Positions 30,511 to 41,063 of a stretch of DNA of 64,000 nucleotides are shown here, in pieces (within the stretch, counting starts at the first letter, position 1; each line of letters opens with the position of its first letter). The notes under the pieces were generated by a model. That model made no database searches. It was not told the origin of the DNA and saw only the letters and a list, made by a program, of their open reading frames with translations. The DNA is taken from positions 96,001 through 160,000 of the forward strand of contig CAVQNT010000002.1 of NCBI GenBank assembly GCA_963714275.1. Reading direction: 5' to 3'. Source of the stretch: Candidatus Bathyarchaeota archaeon. GTDB taxonomy: Archaea > Thermoproteota > Bathyarchaeia > Bathyarchaeales > DTEX01. The position numbers and the translations under genes were made by a program.

Positions 30511-32079
30511 ATGGCGAGACCGTCTGAATCGGATTCTAGACCAGTGGGCTACGCCCTTTCTGGCTGCACGCACGATTATTTGAGTTTCGTGGTCATGGAA
30601 GACGCACGGGTGAAGGTCAACTACTTCTACTTCATTGACCATCCAACGAATCCAGGCACGCAAGTTTTAGTAAGAACTTTCCGCATGCAACCTTACAATC
30701 CCGAGATGATCACAGGTCGAACTGGACCTTTAGCTGGGAAGAAGGGGCGAAGGGCAGACTACGGAAAACGTTTAGAATACACGATTGCCTCTGCTGAGAT
30801 TTTGGGTTACTATGACGAGAAGAATCGGTGGCGGACAATGGAGGTTGCGCCATCGCCGTGGGACTACATCTATGAACCCAACGAGGAAGCTCTGAAAAAT
30901 TTCTTTATTCCGAAAAAAGTGGAAGCTGACTCGCTTATGCTTGAGATCGGTAAGGCTCGGGGAACCAACATTCCGATTTTCGTTGATTTGAACTCGGTTG
31001 CGAAGGGTCACATGTTTGTCGCTGGCATGACAAGGTCGGGGAAATCAAGCTTCATCATAAACATGATTGCCAAGGCTTCTCGGCTTAAGCCTAGACCTCA
31101 CTTCGTCATATTCGACATGCGGGGAGAATATAACGGTCTCAAACGGTTCGGCGCGACCATGCTTCCTTACACGAAATTCACGCCCGTCATTTCTGACCCT
31201 AAGGTGATAGCAGAAAAGCTGGAGCTTAAAGGAAAAGAATCAACGGTCTTCATGGACGCTACGAGGGCAATGCTGTTCGAAGGTTCGAAGCTAACCCGTA
31301 AAAGCCTGCTTTCTAAGATTGAGGATGTTATCAACCGCGGAGTGGTATTCAAAACTGAAAGTAGCCAAAAAAAGGCTTACGACACTATAAGTTGGGTTTT
31401 GGAAACTAAAGGCAAATTCATCGATAAAGAAACCGAACCCCTAGATGTGATCGAGGAGATCAAAAACAAGTTCGCCTTGATTGTCGATTTTTCGGTCGAC
31501 ACAGACATTGAATCTCAGCAAAGAACAGCCAAGCACATCTTAGACAATATCAGAGAGTACGCAATGGTCAGGAAAGACTATGGAGACTTCGCCTGCATCG
31601 TAGCCATCGAGGAAGCCCAATACTTCGCGCCTGAAAGAGGAGTCGAAATGCGCGAGTCAAGCGCCCAAAACCAGGTCAAGGCATCAATGGTCGAAACTGC
31701 AAGCCAAGCAGGCGGATACAACGTTGGCTTAATTCTTATGACGCAAAGGCCAGCCTACGTTCTGAAAAGCACCATTTCCCAATGCAACTCCGTCGCTTGC
31801 TTCAGGCTGAAAAGCGGAAACGACCAAGACGCCATCCTGCAGTACACGGAGTATGGGTCGGAAAGGCTCAAAGAATATTTGCCAGGTTTAGCTGACCATG
31901 AGGCGATGCTGTGGGGGATAGCGGTTCCAACTCCTTTCCCAGTGATAGCCGAGATAGAGGTGGAAGAATACCCACAGAAAGCTGTTGCCTTCGCCAAAAG
32001 CGCATGGGAAAAGATGGAACAAGACTCCGAATCCAGAAATGACAAATTTTCGGGATTGCCGCTTCACCTCAGAGAATAA
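30511..32079 (+). CDS. herA: HerA-like ATPase (HAS barrel + DUF87)
   Basis: HMFVAGMTRSGKS, IFDMRGEY, IEEAQYFAP and TQRP...SQCN. Confidence 0.85.
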   Translation: MARPSESDSRPVGYALSGCTHDYLSFVVMEDARVKVNYFYFIDHPTNPGTQVLVRTFRMQPYNPEMITGRTGPLAGKKGRRADYGKRLEYTIASAEILGYYDEKNRWRTMEVAPSPWDYIYEPNEEALKNFFIPKKVEADSLMLEIGKARGTNIPIFVDLNSVAKGHMFVAGMTRSGKSSFIINMIAKASRLKPRPHFVIFDMRGEYNGLKRFGATMLPYTKFTPVISDPKVIAEKLELKGKESTVFMDATRAMLFEGSKLTRKSLLSKIEDVINRGVVFKTESSQKKAYDTISWVLETKGKFIDKETEPLDVIEEIKNKFALIVDFSVDTDIESQQRTAKHILDNIREYAMVRKDYGDFACIVAIEEAQYFAPERGVEMRESSAQNQVKASMVETASQAGGYNVGLILMTQRPAYVLKSTISQCNSVACFRLKSGNDQDAILQYTEYGSERLKEYLPGLADHEAMLWGIAVPTPFPVIAEIEVEEYPQKAVAFAKSAWEKMEQDSESRNDKFSGLPLHLRE

Positions 32080-32115
32080 TAGAAATTTTTTATCCGCATG
32101 GCAGGATGACCTTTC

Positions 32116-32776
32116 ATGAAGGTTCTTGTAGGCACTGATTTTCATGGCAAAGAATCAGTCTTCGAAGCTTTCGCAGAAAAAGCTGAAGAAAACAACGTCG
32201 ACATTATGGCAATATGCGGCGACATAACCCACTTTGGCAGCCTCCAAGAAGCGCAGCGCTCCTTGTCGCTTTTAATTAACTTACGGATTCCGGTTCTGTT
32301 TGTGCCGGGAAACTGCGATCCGCCGGCACTTGCTGGAGTTGACATGGAAGGCGTAACGTGCATCCACGGAAGAAACGTTTCATACGGTGACTTGGTTTTT
32401 CTGGGCGTTGGAGCCAGTCCTCCTACTCCTTTCAGAACACCATTTGAATTAGCTGAGGACAAGATAATGGAAACTTTGGTTCAAGCGTCCAACAATCTCC
32501 CCGTAGCTCGGTGGGTCGTCCTCATCTCGCACGCTCCTCCACGTGACACTCAGGCTCGACAAAACGTCCATTGGGCTTCACGCGGGCAGCTCAAGCGTCA
32601 GAACGTTTATTGAGGAAAAGCAGCCGTCAACGGTTTTCTGCGGGCACATCCACGAAGCTAAAGGCAGAGAAAAAATAGGCGCAACATTAATCGTTAATTC
32701 CGGTCCAGCGAGATACGGCGACTACGCTATAGCTTCGTTCAACGCAAAAATTTTGCTTGAACTTAAGACACTTTAG
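32116..32776 (+). CDS. Icc-like metallophosphoesterase; frameshift near 32550
   Basis: TDFHG, CGDIT, VPGNCD, SHAPP and CGHIHE. Confidence 0.88.
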
Positions 32777-33112
32777 AAACCTTTACTCTTCTTTTGGTCC
32801 GTCCAGTCTGGCGCCACATAGCCATATTTTAGAATCCGCATCAAGCCTTTGATAAAAAAGGCTTATTTCCTATGAAATGAAATAGTCTGGCTTTGGTAAA
32901 ATATTGCCACTCACTTAAAGATATTTTTTTAGAACAGAAAAAAGTGACCAACCAGAAGTGGGTGTTATTGTTTCCGCAAACCATATATGGCAGTCTGGTT
33001 TTCAGTAACAAAATAATCGGTTAAGTGGTAAGGTTGACAACCAAAACACGAACCATAAATCCATCTGAAGAATATAGGATTACAGAGAATAATCTTCGCG
33101 AGGGAAAGAACA

Positions 33113-33860
33113 ATGCCGTTTAAGAAAGGTGATTTTATATTAGTTGACTACATCGCCAGATTGTCCGAGACTGGTGAAGCCTTTGACACTACAATCGAAG
33201 AGATAGCCAAAAAAGAAAACATCTACAAAGAAGGCGGATTATACGAGCCAACCCTAGTCGCCATAGGAGAAGGATGGGTACTCAAAGCCCTAGACGAATC
33301 ACTACCGAACCTTAAAATAAATAAAACAGAGAAAATCGAGATTTCGCCTGAAAAAGCCTTCGGAAACCGAGACCCAAAGAAAACTAGGTTGTATCCACTA
33401 AGGAAACTAACCTCGCAAGGAGTGACGCCTCAAGTGGGCGTGCGAATCGAAGTTGACAACCGCCTCGCCACAGTAAGAACGATTGGGTCAGGCAGGGTTC
33501 TGTTAGACTTTAATCTGCCTCTTGCGGGGAAGACTCTGAGTCTACGAGGTTACGGTTCAAAAGAAACTAAAAACACCAGAAGAGAAAATGCGGGCTCTAG
33601 TTCACAGAAGAATTCCGCAGATAGACGTGAATAAGTTTTCACTCGGTATTACAACAGAAGCCCTCAATGTTGGAGTTCCCGAAGAAGCATTTTACGTTGA
33701 AGGACTGCAGATTGCGAAAAGAGGCTTGTTCATCGACGTCCAAAAGTTCTTCCCAAAGATTACAACCGTCGCGTTCACCGAGACTTTCAAGAAGCCGGAG
33801 AAAGCCGCAGAACAACCTTCTTCCGAGAAGCCCCAAGAGAGCACTGAAAAGTCTCAGTGA
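33113..33860 (+). CDS. slyD: FKBP-type peptidyl-prolyl isomerase (long archaeal SlyD); frameshift near 33539
   Basis: KGDFILVDY, FDTT, PEKAFG.RD and GRV.LDFN.PLAGKTL. Confidence 0.92.
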
Positions 33861-34239
33861 CCTCCAAAACCTCGCATCTGTCTCCAGCTTTTAAACCAAG
33901 CGAAAAGCACATTTCGTAGCTTTCGCACCCCTCGTTTCTGCATTCGGGAGCCTGAAAAACTACAATCGCGCCAGGCATTGCCTGTTTAGTGGGCAACGAA
34001 GAAGGTATCTTGGCATCAGTAACTTCTACAACCCTCATTTCAGTTTCATATTGTTTACAGGGCAAAAATTTGTCTCGTACGCCGGCAATCTCGTAGACGC
34101 GTCCAGACTCTATGTTTTGCACACAAACCCTGAAGTACTCGCAGTCGACGCATTTTGAACCCGGTCCTTTATGTATGAAAACGGTTCCAGGTTTAGCTTG
34201 CCCCGAACCTATCAATGTCACGATACGTCTATTGCTCAA
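33787..34239 (-). CDS. UPF0179 family protein
   Basis: VTLIG..QAKPG..F, C..C....VC and Cys-rich second half; conserved next to egsA. Confidence 0.8.
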   Translation of the reverse strand: MSNRRIVTLIGSGQAKPGTVFIHKGPGSKCVDCEYFRVCVQNIESGRVYEIAGVRDKFLPCKQYETEMRVVEVTDAKIPSSLPTKQAMPGAIVVFQAPECRNEGCESYEMCFSLGLKAGDRCEVLEVTETFQCSLGASRKKVVLRLSPAS

Positions 34240-34404
34240 AAAATTCCCCTTAGACTCTAGTATTTTTTTGCATATTTTATAAGACAGGTATGAACAACTT
34301 CTTATTACATATGGTTCTGGACTGTTTTATAGGGTTAACCTTTTCTAGGCGTTTTTTCATGTCTGGTTCAGTTAAATGTATACATATTAAAAGTTTTGTT
34401 TTTC

Positions 34405-35469
34405 TTAGTCAATTATGCCTGTAGACTTAGCCAACTCATAGGCGGTCTTGCGGGTCAGATGTTTCTCGTTAAGTATTGTGTACCTTTCAGGTCGAATTTT
34501 GGGAGCCTTAAGTAGGGCTTCAACAATTTGTTCCGCTGAAATCCCGACTTCTTTGGCGGCGACAGGTGCGCCAACCTTCTTTAACGTGTCTCTGATTGTT
34601 TCCCATTCCATGCCGTGAAGCTCAGCCATCATTATTGCTCCTAAGCCACATTCCTCGCCATGTAAGGCTCGGTTCGACGCCACGAGGTCTAAAGCGTGAC
34701 TGAAGAGGTGTTCGGACCCGCTGCACGGTTTACTTGTTCCACCTATACACATGGCTACGCCGCAGCTGACAAGAGCTTCGAGCAAAACCCTAAGCCCCGG
34801 CTCAGAACCTGGCTTGAAAAGGTCAGCGTTCTCAACAATGTGTTGGGCACTCATCAAAGCTAGGCTTGCCGTGTATTGGGCGTAGTATTCGCTCTTTTTT
34901 TCGTAGGCAAGTTTCCAGTCGCGGGTTGAAGTGAATTTTGAAATCACGTCCGCGCATCCGCTTGCTATGAAACGGTAGGGTACATTGATTATGACTTCTG
35001 TGTCAGCAACCACCGCCATCGGGGACTGCGCTTTAATGGAGTAGGGTCTATCCAGTCCTTTTATCGATGCGAACGGGCTTACCATGCCGTCGTGCGAGGC
35101 TGATGTTGGGACGCATATGAAAGGTGTCTCCTTCCGAGCGGAACTAAGTTTGGCAATGTCAATTTTTGTACCGCCTCCGACACCGAAAACCACTTGCGGC
35201 TTTGACTTCTCAATGACTTCTTCAGCCTGTCTTACGTCGTTTAATGTTGGGATGTCAGAAGAGACGATGTGACAGTTGACTTCTAATCCTTCGTCATGCA
35301 GTAGGTCAGCGACCCTTTGGGCTGCCACGTGTTTGGTTGTTGGACCCGTGATTATCAAACCGCTTTCTGAAAAGCCCAGTTTTTCGCATACGTCGCCAAT
35401 TAACCGTAGGCTTCCGTTGCCGATGATTACTTCTCTTGGGAGCTGCATGCGATGAAGGTTAAGGCTCAA
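34405..35469 (-). CDS. egsA: Glycerol-1-phosphate dehydrogenase
   Basis: GVGGGTKID, PTSASHDG, SGSEHLFSHALD, LHGE and RPERYTIL. Confidence 0.96.
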   Translation of the reverse strand: MSLNLHRMQLPREVIIGNGSLRLIGDVCEKLGFSESGLIITGPTTKHVAAQRVADLLHDEGLEVNCHIVSSDIPTLNDVRQAEEVIEKSKPQVVFGVGGGTKIDIAKLSSARKETPFICVPTSASHDGMVSPFASIKGLDRPYSIKAQSPMAVVADTEVIINVPYRFIASGCADVISKFTSTRDWKLAYEKKSEYYAQYTASLALMSAQHIVENADLFKPGSEPGLRVLLEALVSCGVAMCIGGTSKPCSGSEHLFSHALDLVASNRALHGEECGLGAIMMAELHGMEWETIRDTLKKVGAPVAAKEVGISAEQIVEALLKAPKIRPERYTILNEKHLTRKTAYELAKSTGIID

Positions 35470-35689
35470 CGACTGTCCTCTCGTTCAAGCAGTTTAGAGA
35501 TACAGCCTAATCCGATTTAAACCTTCTTTATCTAAGGTTGAAAGCCTATAAAAGTAAATGTTAAAATCCCAAATCCGAACGATTTAAATCCAACCTCTTC
35601 TTAAATAGTTTGTCTCTTAGCATTTCCCACTCTCTTATCAGATTGACCAACAAAAACCTACATTAGTGCGGTTTTCGGAGAAACTAGGA

Positions 35690-36325
35690 ATGTACAAAAC
35701 AATTGATGAAATGGCATTCAAAGGAACAACAACCATTGGAGCTATATGCACGGATGGTGTGGTACTTGCCTCAGACACCCGAGTGACAGCAGGCTCCCTT
35801 GTTGTCCATAAGAAAGGAAAGAAGGTTTACAAAATAGACAACCATTTAGCCATGACGATTTCGGGTCTAGTTGCGGATGCTCAGCAAACAGTCGAAATAC
35901 TCAAAGCAAACTCTAGGCTGTACCGTCTGCAGAGAAAATCTCCCATACCAGTCAGCACCGCAGCACGTTTGGTGGCAAACTTGTTCTTCTCGAACCGATA
36001 TTCCCCGTTCTTGGCTCAAATTGTCATAGGCGGAGTCGACGATTCCGGTCCCCACATCTTCACGATAGACCCATTCGGAAGCATAATGGAAGAAAAATGT
36101 GTCGCCACGGGATCAGGATCACCAGTAGCCTACGGCGTTTTAGAAGAAAAGTACCGTGAAGGTTTACCTCTTAAAGAAGTATTGCAGATCGTTGTGAAGT
36201 CAGTAAATTCCGCAATGAAGAGGGACGTTGCTAGCGGAGACAGCTTTGACATTTCAATCATAGACTTTAACGGTTACAGAGAATTGAGCGACGACGAAAA
36301 AAGTCAGATTCTAACAAGCAATTAG
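35690..36325 (+). CDS. psmB: Proteasome subunit beta
   Basis: Short propeptide then GTTTIG; ATGSGS and RDVASG. Confidence 0.96.
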   Translation: MYKTIDEMAFKGTTTIGAICTDGVVLASDTRVTAGSLVVHKKGKKVYKIDNHLAMTISGLVADAQQTVEILKANSRLYRLQRKSPIPVSTAARLVANLFFSNRYSPFLAQIVIGGVDDSGPHIFTIDPFGSIMEEKCVATGSGSPVAYGVLEEKYREGLPLKEVLQIVVKSVNSAMKRDVASGDSFDISIIDFNGYRELSDDEKSQILTSN

Positions 36326-36359
36326 GTGAATATTCGAAAAAAGGAGATTTTAGAAGAAA

Positions 36360-38273
36360 GTGGGCTCAATAGAGAAAGACAAGAAGACACGGCAAACCAT
36401 TTTGGAGCACCTTCCAAAAGAAGCGGAACTTACGCGAATCGAGTTTGAAGGTCCTTCACTCGCCATTTACACGAAAAAACCAGAGATTAGGGTCACTGAA
36501 AGCAGAGCCATCACAGAAATTGTTAATCTCATCAAAAAGAGAATAGTCATACGTTCCGATCCTTCGGTAAGAATGGCTGAACCTGAAGCACAGAAAACGA
36601 TTGCTGGAATAATTCCGAAAGAAGCTGAAGTCACAAACGTTCTTTTCGACCCAACGATCGGCGAAGCAGTCATCGAAGCCAAAAAACCTGGTTTAGCCAT
36701 TGGAAAAGACGGAGTGACGCTTCAGGAAATCGTGGTTAAAACCCGATGGATTCCACGTGTCTTAAGAAGCCCCCCCAAACCTTCGAAAATCATCGCTCAC
36801 GTCAGGCATACTCTTTATTCTGGAAGCAAAGAACGTGAGAGAATCCTTCGAAACGTCGGCGAAAGAATCTACAGACCCTTAATACATGAAATCGGAGACA
36901 TCAGGATAACCATGCTAGGCGCTGCCAGGGAAGTTGGTCGCTCGGCGGTTCTTGTTGAAACAAGAGAAAGCCAGATTTTGGTTGATTGCGGCATTAATCC
37001 TGGGTCAACGAGGCCTTTCGAGGCTTTTCCTAGGTTCGATGTTGCGCAGTTTGATCCTTCAAACTTGGACGCTGTTGTCATAAGCCACGCCCATCTGGAT
37101 CACTGTGGCTTCCTTCCCTTTCTTTACAAGTATGGCTTTGACGGGCCAGTGTATTGTTCTGTGCCGAATTTGAATCTTATGACTTTGCTTCAGCTTGACT
37201 ACCTTGATGTCTTGTCTAAGCAAGGGTTACCCCTGTTATATGACCAAAAAGACGTGCGGGACAGCATTTTGCACACAGTTCCATTAAGGTTCGGGGTGGT
37301 CACAGACATTGCTCCTGACATTCGGTTGACCCTGCACAACGCGGGGCACATTCTAGGTTCGTCGGTTGTTCATCTGCATGTGGGCGAAGGATACCATAAC
37401 ATAGTCTACACTGGCGATTTCAAGTACGGCAAAACCATGCTGCTTGAGGCAGCTGCCAGAGATTTTCCGAGGGTTGAAACAATCATAACCGAAGCCACGT
37501 ACAGCGGTCCAAGCGACATTATGCCTACAAGGGAAGAAGCAGAAGAAAGGCTTGTAGCAATCATCAATGAAACTCTCACCCGTGGCGGAAAGGTTCTTAT
37601 TCCAGTTCCAGCCGTCGGTAGAGCTCAGGAAATCATGCTTGTTCTGGATGAGTACATGAAGAGAGGGATGATGAAGGAAGCACCTGTCTTCATTGAGGGA
37701 ATGATTTCTGAAGCCACGGCTATTCACACTGCGCATCCTGAGTATTTGTCAAGAGAGATCAGGAACAGTGTACTCAACGAAGGCGTGAATCCGTTTGAGT
37801 CTGACTATTTCACGGTTGTTGAGCATCCCAGTGCCAGACACGACATAATTGAGGGTGAACCCTGCATCATTGTAGCCACAGCGGGGATGCTTGAAGGTGG
37901 ACCCATAATCGACTATTTCCAGCAGTTAGCCGAGGACAAACTGAACACAATAATTTTCGTCAGCTACCAAATCGAAGGAACTCTTGGCAGACGAGTGCAG
38001 AAACGGGTACCTGAAGTTTCAATATTCAATTCAGAAGGCAGAATCAAAGTCATAAAGTGCAATCTTGAAGTCCAAACGGTCGAGGGGTTCTCAGGCCACT
38101 CGGACAGAAGGCAGATAATTGGATACATCCGCAAGTTGGCGCCGAAACCTGACAACGTTATTGTCTGTCACGGGGAAAGGTCCAAGTGCCTAGGATTGGC
38201 TGAGTATCTGCGTGGAAGATACAAGATCAATGCGATGGCGCCGGACATCCTTGAAACTATTCGGCTTCGGTAG
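36360..38273 (+). CDS. fttA: Beta-CASP ribonuclease aCPSF1 / termination factor FttA
   Basis: KH domains, SHAHLDH, AGHILG, GFSGHSD and HGE. Confidence 0.96.
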   Translation: MGSIEKDKKTRQTILEHLPKEAELTRIEFEGPSLAIYTKKPEIRVTESRAITEIVNLIKKRIVIRSDPSVRMAEPEAQKTIAGIIPKEAEVTNVLFDPTIGEAVIEAKKPGLAIGKDGVTLQEIVVKTRWIPRVLRSPPKPSKIIAHVRHTLYSGSKERERILRNVGERIYRPLIHEIGDIRITMLGAAREVGRSAVLVETRESQILVDCGINPGSTRPFEAFPRFDVAQFDPSNLDAVVISHAHLDHCGFLPFLYKYGFDGPVYCSVPNLNLMTLLQLDYLDVLSKQGLPLLYDQKDVRDSILHTVPLRFGVVTDIAPDIRLTLHNAGHILGSSVVHLHVGEGYHNIVYTGDFKYGKTMLLEAAARDFPRVETIITEATYSGPSDIMPTREEAEERLVAIINETLTRGGKVLIPVPAVGRAQEIMLVLDEYMKRGMMKEAPVFIEGMISEATAIHTAHPEYLSREIRNSVLNEGVNPFESDYFTVVEHPSARHDIIEGEPCIIVATAGMLEGGPIIDYFQQLAEDKLNTIIFVSYQIEGTLGRRVQKRVPEVSIFNSEGRIKVIKCNLEVQTVEGFSGHSDRRQIIGYIRKLAPKPDNVIVCHGERSKCLGLAEYLRGRYKINAMAPDILETIRLR

Positions 38274-38713
38274 GTTTTTTTCCTTCTTTTTGGTGCTTTG
38301 TGCCTTCTTCTCTCCAAATTTTTACGTGAGAAGGAGTTACGACGATGCGGTCTTCACCTAAGCTCAGCTATGTCGCCGTCGATTTCCCCAATGAATTTTT
38401 TTAGTTTTCTTACGGCTCGTTTAACATCATCAAGGTCTTTGTCAAATAGGGGCGTCAACCTAATTATGGCGATGTTTCCTGTTTCCAGTTCGCCTTTGAT
38501 TTTGTCTAGTTCCTCTAACGAGTTCAGTGTTGATGTTTTAAGGTAAACGGTTTTAGGCGGCGGAGGAGTTGAGAAGGGAATTTGCTCTGGAACTGGTTCT
38601 GGAGCTGATGCAATCGGAGTCTCGGGAAGAGGCTTTTCTTTTGGTTGCTCTTCGTCCCTTTTGACTTTACTGATTATTTTGTCGATGACCTTGCCTAAAT
38701 TTATGTTAGCCAA
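38257..38713 (-). CDS. sepF: Cell division protein SepF; frameshift near 38360
   Basis: IKGELETGNIAIIRLTPL...GDIA then GEDRIVVTPSHVKIWR in the shifted frame. Confidence 0.85.
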
Positions 38714-38769
38714 AATTCTTCTCCTCAAGACCAATCATAGAGTACAGGCTTACTAAGCACGTAAAAGTC

Positions 38770-39285
38770 TTAACTCTTTCGTTCCTTTCCAGCTTCTTTG
38801 ATAGTAACCCAGATTTCGTCTCCTACACAATGCAGGTTCCTGAAAAGCTTGCCCTTCCTGGTTGATGCCGCTGTGCCGGAGTCATAGATAGCTTCAGATA
38901 CGGCTATGGGTTTCCTGTTTTTCGCGTCCAATACGATGACTAAATTTTTCGGTTCGAATTCTCCTTGGATATCGACTATTCCGGGACCCATTATGTCTGC
39001 TTTGTTGCATATGTACGGTACTGCTCCCATGTCCACTACAACCTTAGGCATACTGGAAAGTTGTTCCTCGAAAAGCAACGTTGGAAAAACGTTTCCCTCA
39101 GACTCGGCGATTAGGGGTCGTCCGTCAACAACGTAGACTTTGACTTTTTTTGCTTCCATAACCTCAACTTGAGTCTTAGACCCAAACAAAGATTCAATGT
39201 CTAGCCCAATTTTGTCTAGGACATTTTTTAAAAGCAGCTTTCGCTCATTTTTTCTAAGCGGATACCGACGGATGCCTGTGGACAT
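38770..39285 (-). CDS. PUA-domain RNA-binding protein (DUF1947/Tma20-like)
   Basis: VVVDMGAVPYICNKADIMGPGI and NLHCVGDEIW. Confidence 0.9.
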   Translation of the reverse strand: MSTGIRRYPLRKNERKLLLKNVLDKIGLDIESLFGSKTQVEVMEAKKVKVYVVDGRPLIAESEGNVFPTLLFEEQLSSMPKVVVDMGAVPYICNKADIMGPGIVDIQGEFEPKNLVIVLDAKNRKPIAVSEAIYDSGTAASTRKGKLFRNLHCVGDEIWVTIKEAGKERKS

Positions 39286-39373
39286 ATGCTTAAATCTTAA
39301 CGCAACACATATAAATCTGCAGTCCTTCATACACGAAAGATATAATGGAAGACAATCAAGGAACGTTGAGAAA

Positions 39374-39592
39374 ATGGCGGAAAAAATCCTTGAAGACAGC
39401 CTCGGAAAAACCGTGTTACTCAGGCTGAGAGGAGGCAAAAGCATAAGGGGACTACTGCGAGGATTCGATCAGCACCTAAATTTAGTGCTTGAAAAAGCCG
39501 AAGACGTAACCGACAAGGACAAAACCGAGGAACTTGGCCTAATAATCGTCAGGGGAGACAACGTCGTCATGATTTCTCCGCCTCCAAGGTGA
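39374..39592 (+). CDS. Sm-like (Lsm) protein
   Basis: RGLLRGFDQHLNLVL and IVRGDNVV. Confidence 0.95.
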   Translation: MAEKILEDSLGKTVLLRLRGGKSIRGLLRGFDQHLNLVLEKAEDVTDKDKTEELGLIIVRGDNVVMISPPPR

Positions 39593-39600
39593 AACTGTAA

Positions 39601-39798
39601 ATGGGTAAAGGTACGCCGTCTTTTGGGAAACGGCAGGGCAAAACCGTCCATATTCATTGCAGGCGTTGTGGCAGAAGGTCGTATCATGTTAGGCAAAAGA
39701 AGTGTTCAGCCTGCGGATACGGCGAGTCGCCTAAAATGCAACATTACTCGTGGCAGACAAAGAAGTCTAAACCGCGAAAGACTAGCTTAGTTTTTTAG
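39601..39798 (+). CDS. rpl37e: 50S ribosomal protein L37e
   Basis: [11 protein letters not shown]...HIHCRRCG...CSACGY. Confidence 0.97.
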   Translation: MGKGTPSFGKRQGKTVHIHCRRCGRRSYHVRQKKCSACGYGESPKMQHYSWQTKKSKPRKTSLVF

Positions 39799-39866
39799 AG
39801 ATGGCTACGAGAAAAGCATTTAAATAATACTGTTAGGAAAGTTACCAGAATCGACGTGAACTAGGC

Positions 39867-40175
39867 ATGGTAAGAAAAGCCAGAATAAAACTGACAAGCA
39901 CCGACTACGAGAAACTTGAAGGCGTATGCGGAGAACTGAAAGCCATAGCCCAAAAAAGCGGAGTGAAGGCAAATGGACCTATCCCGCTGCCTACGAAGAA
40001 ACTTCGCGTGCCAGTCATGAAAAGCCCGTGCGGCGAAGGAACCAAAACTTGGGACAAATGGGAACTGCGCATCCACAAGCGGCTGATTGATATCGACGCT
40101 GAGGAAAGGGTCATGCGTCGGGTCATGAGAATGCGGGTTCCAGAAGAAGTCTTCATCAGCATCGAACTCATTTAA
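39867..40175 (+). CDS. rps10: 30S ribosomal protein S10
   Basis: GPIPLPTK, SPCGEG..TWDKWELRIHKRLID. Confidence 0.97.
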   Translation: MVRKARIKLTSTDYEKLEGVCGELKAIAQKSGVKANGPIPLPTKKLRVPVMKSPCGEGTKTWDKWELRIHKRLIDIDAEERVMRRVMRMRVPEEVFISIELI

Positions 40176-40280
40176 AGTCTCTTACAAACCGAAAACTTGT
40201 TCGAAACTGTTTTTTTCTTGAAAAAAGATTCTGTTCAGCTTAGAAACCAACCACAAATTAAGTCAAATTGTACTAAAGCC

Positions 40281-40374
40281 ACAGAACAAACGTGCATAAA
40301 GATGGTTCAATTTTACCAATTTTCTAGTTTGTCGCACAAAACAAAAAGTCTAATGTCGAACAAATTAGACCAGT
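40281..40374 (+). repeat. Dispersed intergenic repeat, copy C (core 40325-40374)
   Basis: Ungapped 36/51 match to copy A core; ACAGAACAAACG present 31 bp upstream of the core in both A and C. Confidence 0.7.
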
Positions 40375-40459
40375 TCTAACCTAAAGAAATTTACGATGAA
40401 CCGATAAACAATATAAACAAAGAATACCTAATAACAAAATTGGGAAGTTGACTAGCTAA

Positions 40460-41023
40460 ATGAACGATAAATACTGGGCATTATTCGGCGTAGCTGGACC
40501 TTTAGTGGCTTATTTTTTCATCGGAATCTCGATCGCTTCAGTGGTATGGTTCAGCTGGTGGAACAACGCCTTAAGTGACTTGGGTCACGCTGTTCACAGT
40601 GGGTCTGCGCCTTATTTCAATTTTGGGTTGTTGCTTGCTGGATCCTTCATCGCAGTCTTCACGGTAATGGTGTTCTGGAAACACGCGAAGTACACCAGCC
40701 CATTCTTACTGATGACAGCCTTCGCCTTGCAGCTCGTATCGGTCTTCGACGAAGTTTATGGACAACTTCACGGAACAGTTTCAGTCATATTTTTCGTTTT
40801 TCTGATCCTGTCATGCCTTGTTTACGCTGCGGAAAAAAGGTCAATTCTAGGAGCACTGTCCTTCGTAATCGGGTTAGGCGTGTGGATATTATATGGAGGA
40901 AGAATCCTCCAAGCTGGAATTGCAGTACCAGAAATAATTTCAGTCGTCGCAGCAACATCATGGGTCATCATTTCTGCCCTAAAAATATATTACAGGTCCA
41001 ATTCGGATTCAGCTGTTAAGTGA
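40460..41023 (+). CDS. DUF998-family membrane protein
   Basis: WFSWWNNALSDLG, FNFGL, LH..VS..FF and AVPE. Confidence 0.8.
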   Translation: MNDKYWALFGVAGPLVAYFFIGISIASVVWFSWWNNALSDLGHAVHSGSAPYFNFGLLLAGSFIAVFTVMVFWKHAKYTSPFLLMTAFALQLVSVFDEVYGQLHGTVSVIFFVFLILSCLVYAAEKRSILGALSFVIGLGVWILYGGRILQAGIAVPEIISVVAATSWVIISALKIYYRSNSDSAVK

Positions 41024-41063
41024 CCCGTTTTTCCAAGTATAAAGTAACGATCGCTCAAGCTTT

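Noticed and set aside
32116-32776. Metallophosphoesterase as the Mre11 partner of NurA-HerA
   Set aside because: Short Icc-type enzyme (GNCD, HAPP, GHIHE) without Mre11 capping/C-terminal domains, and no rad50
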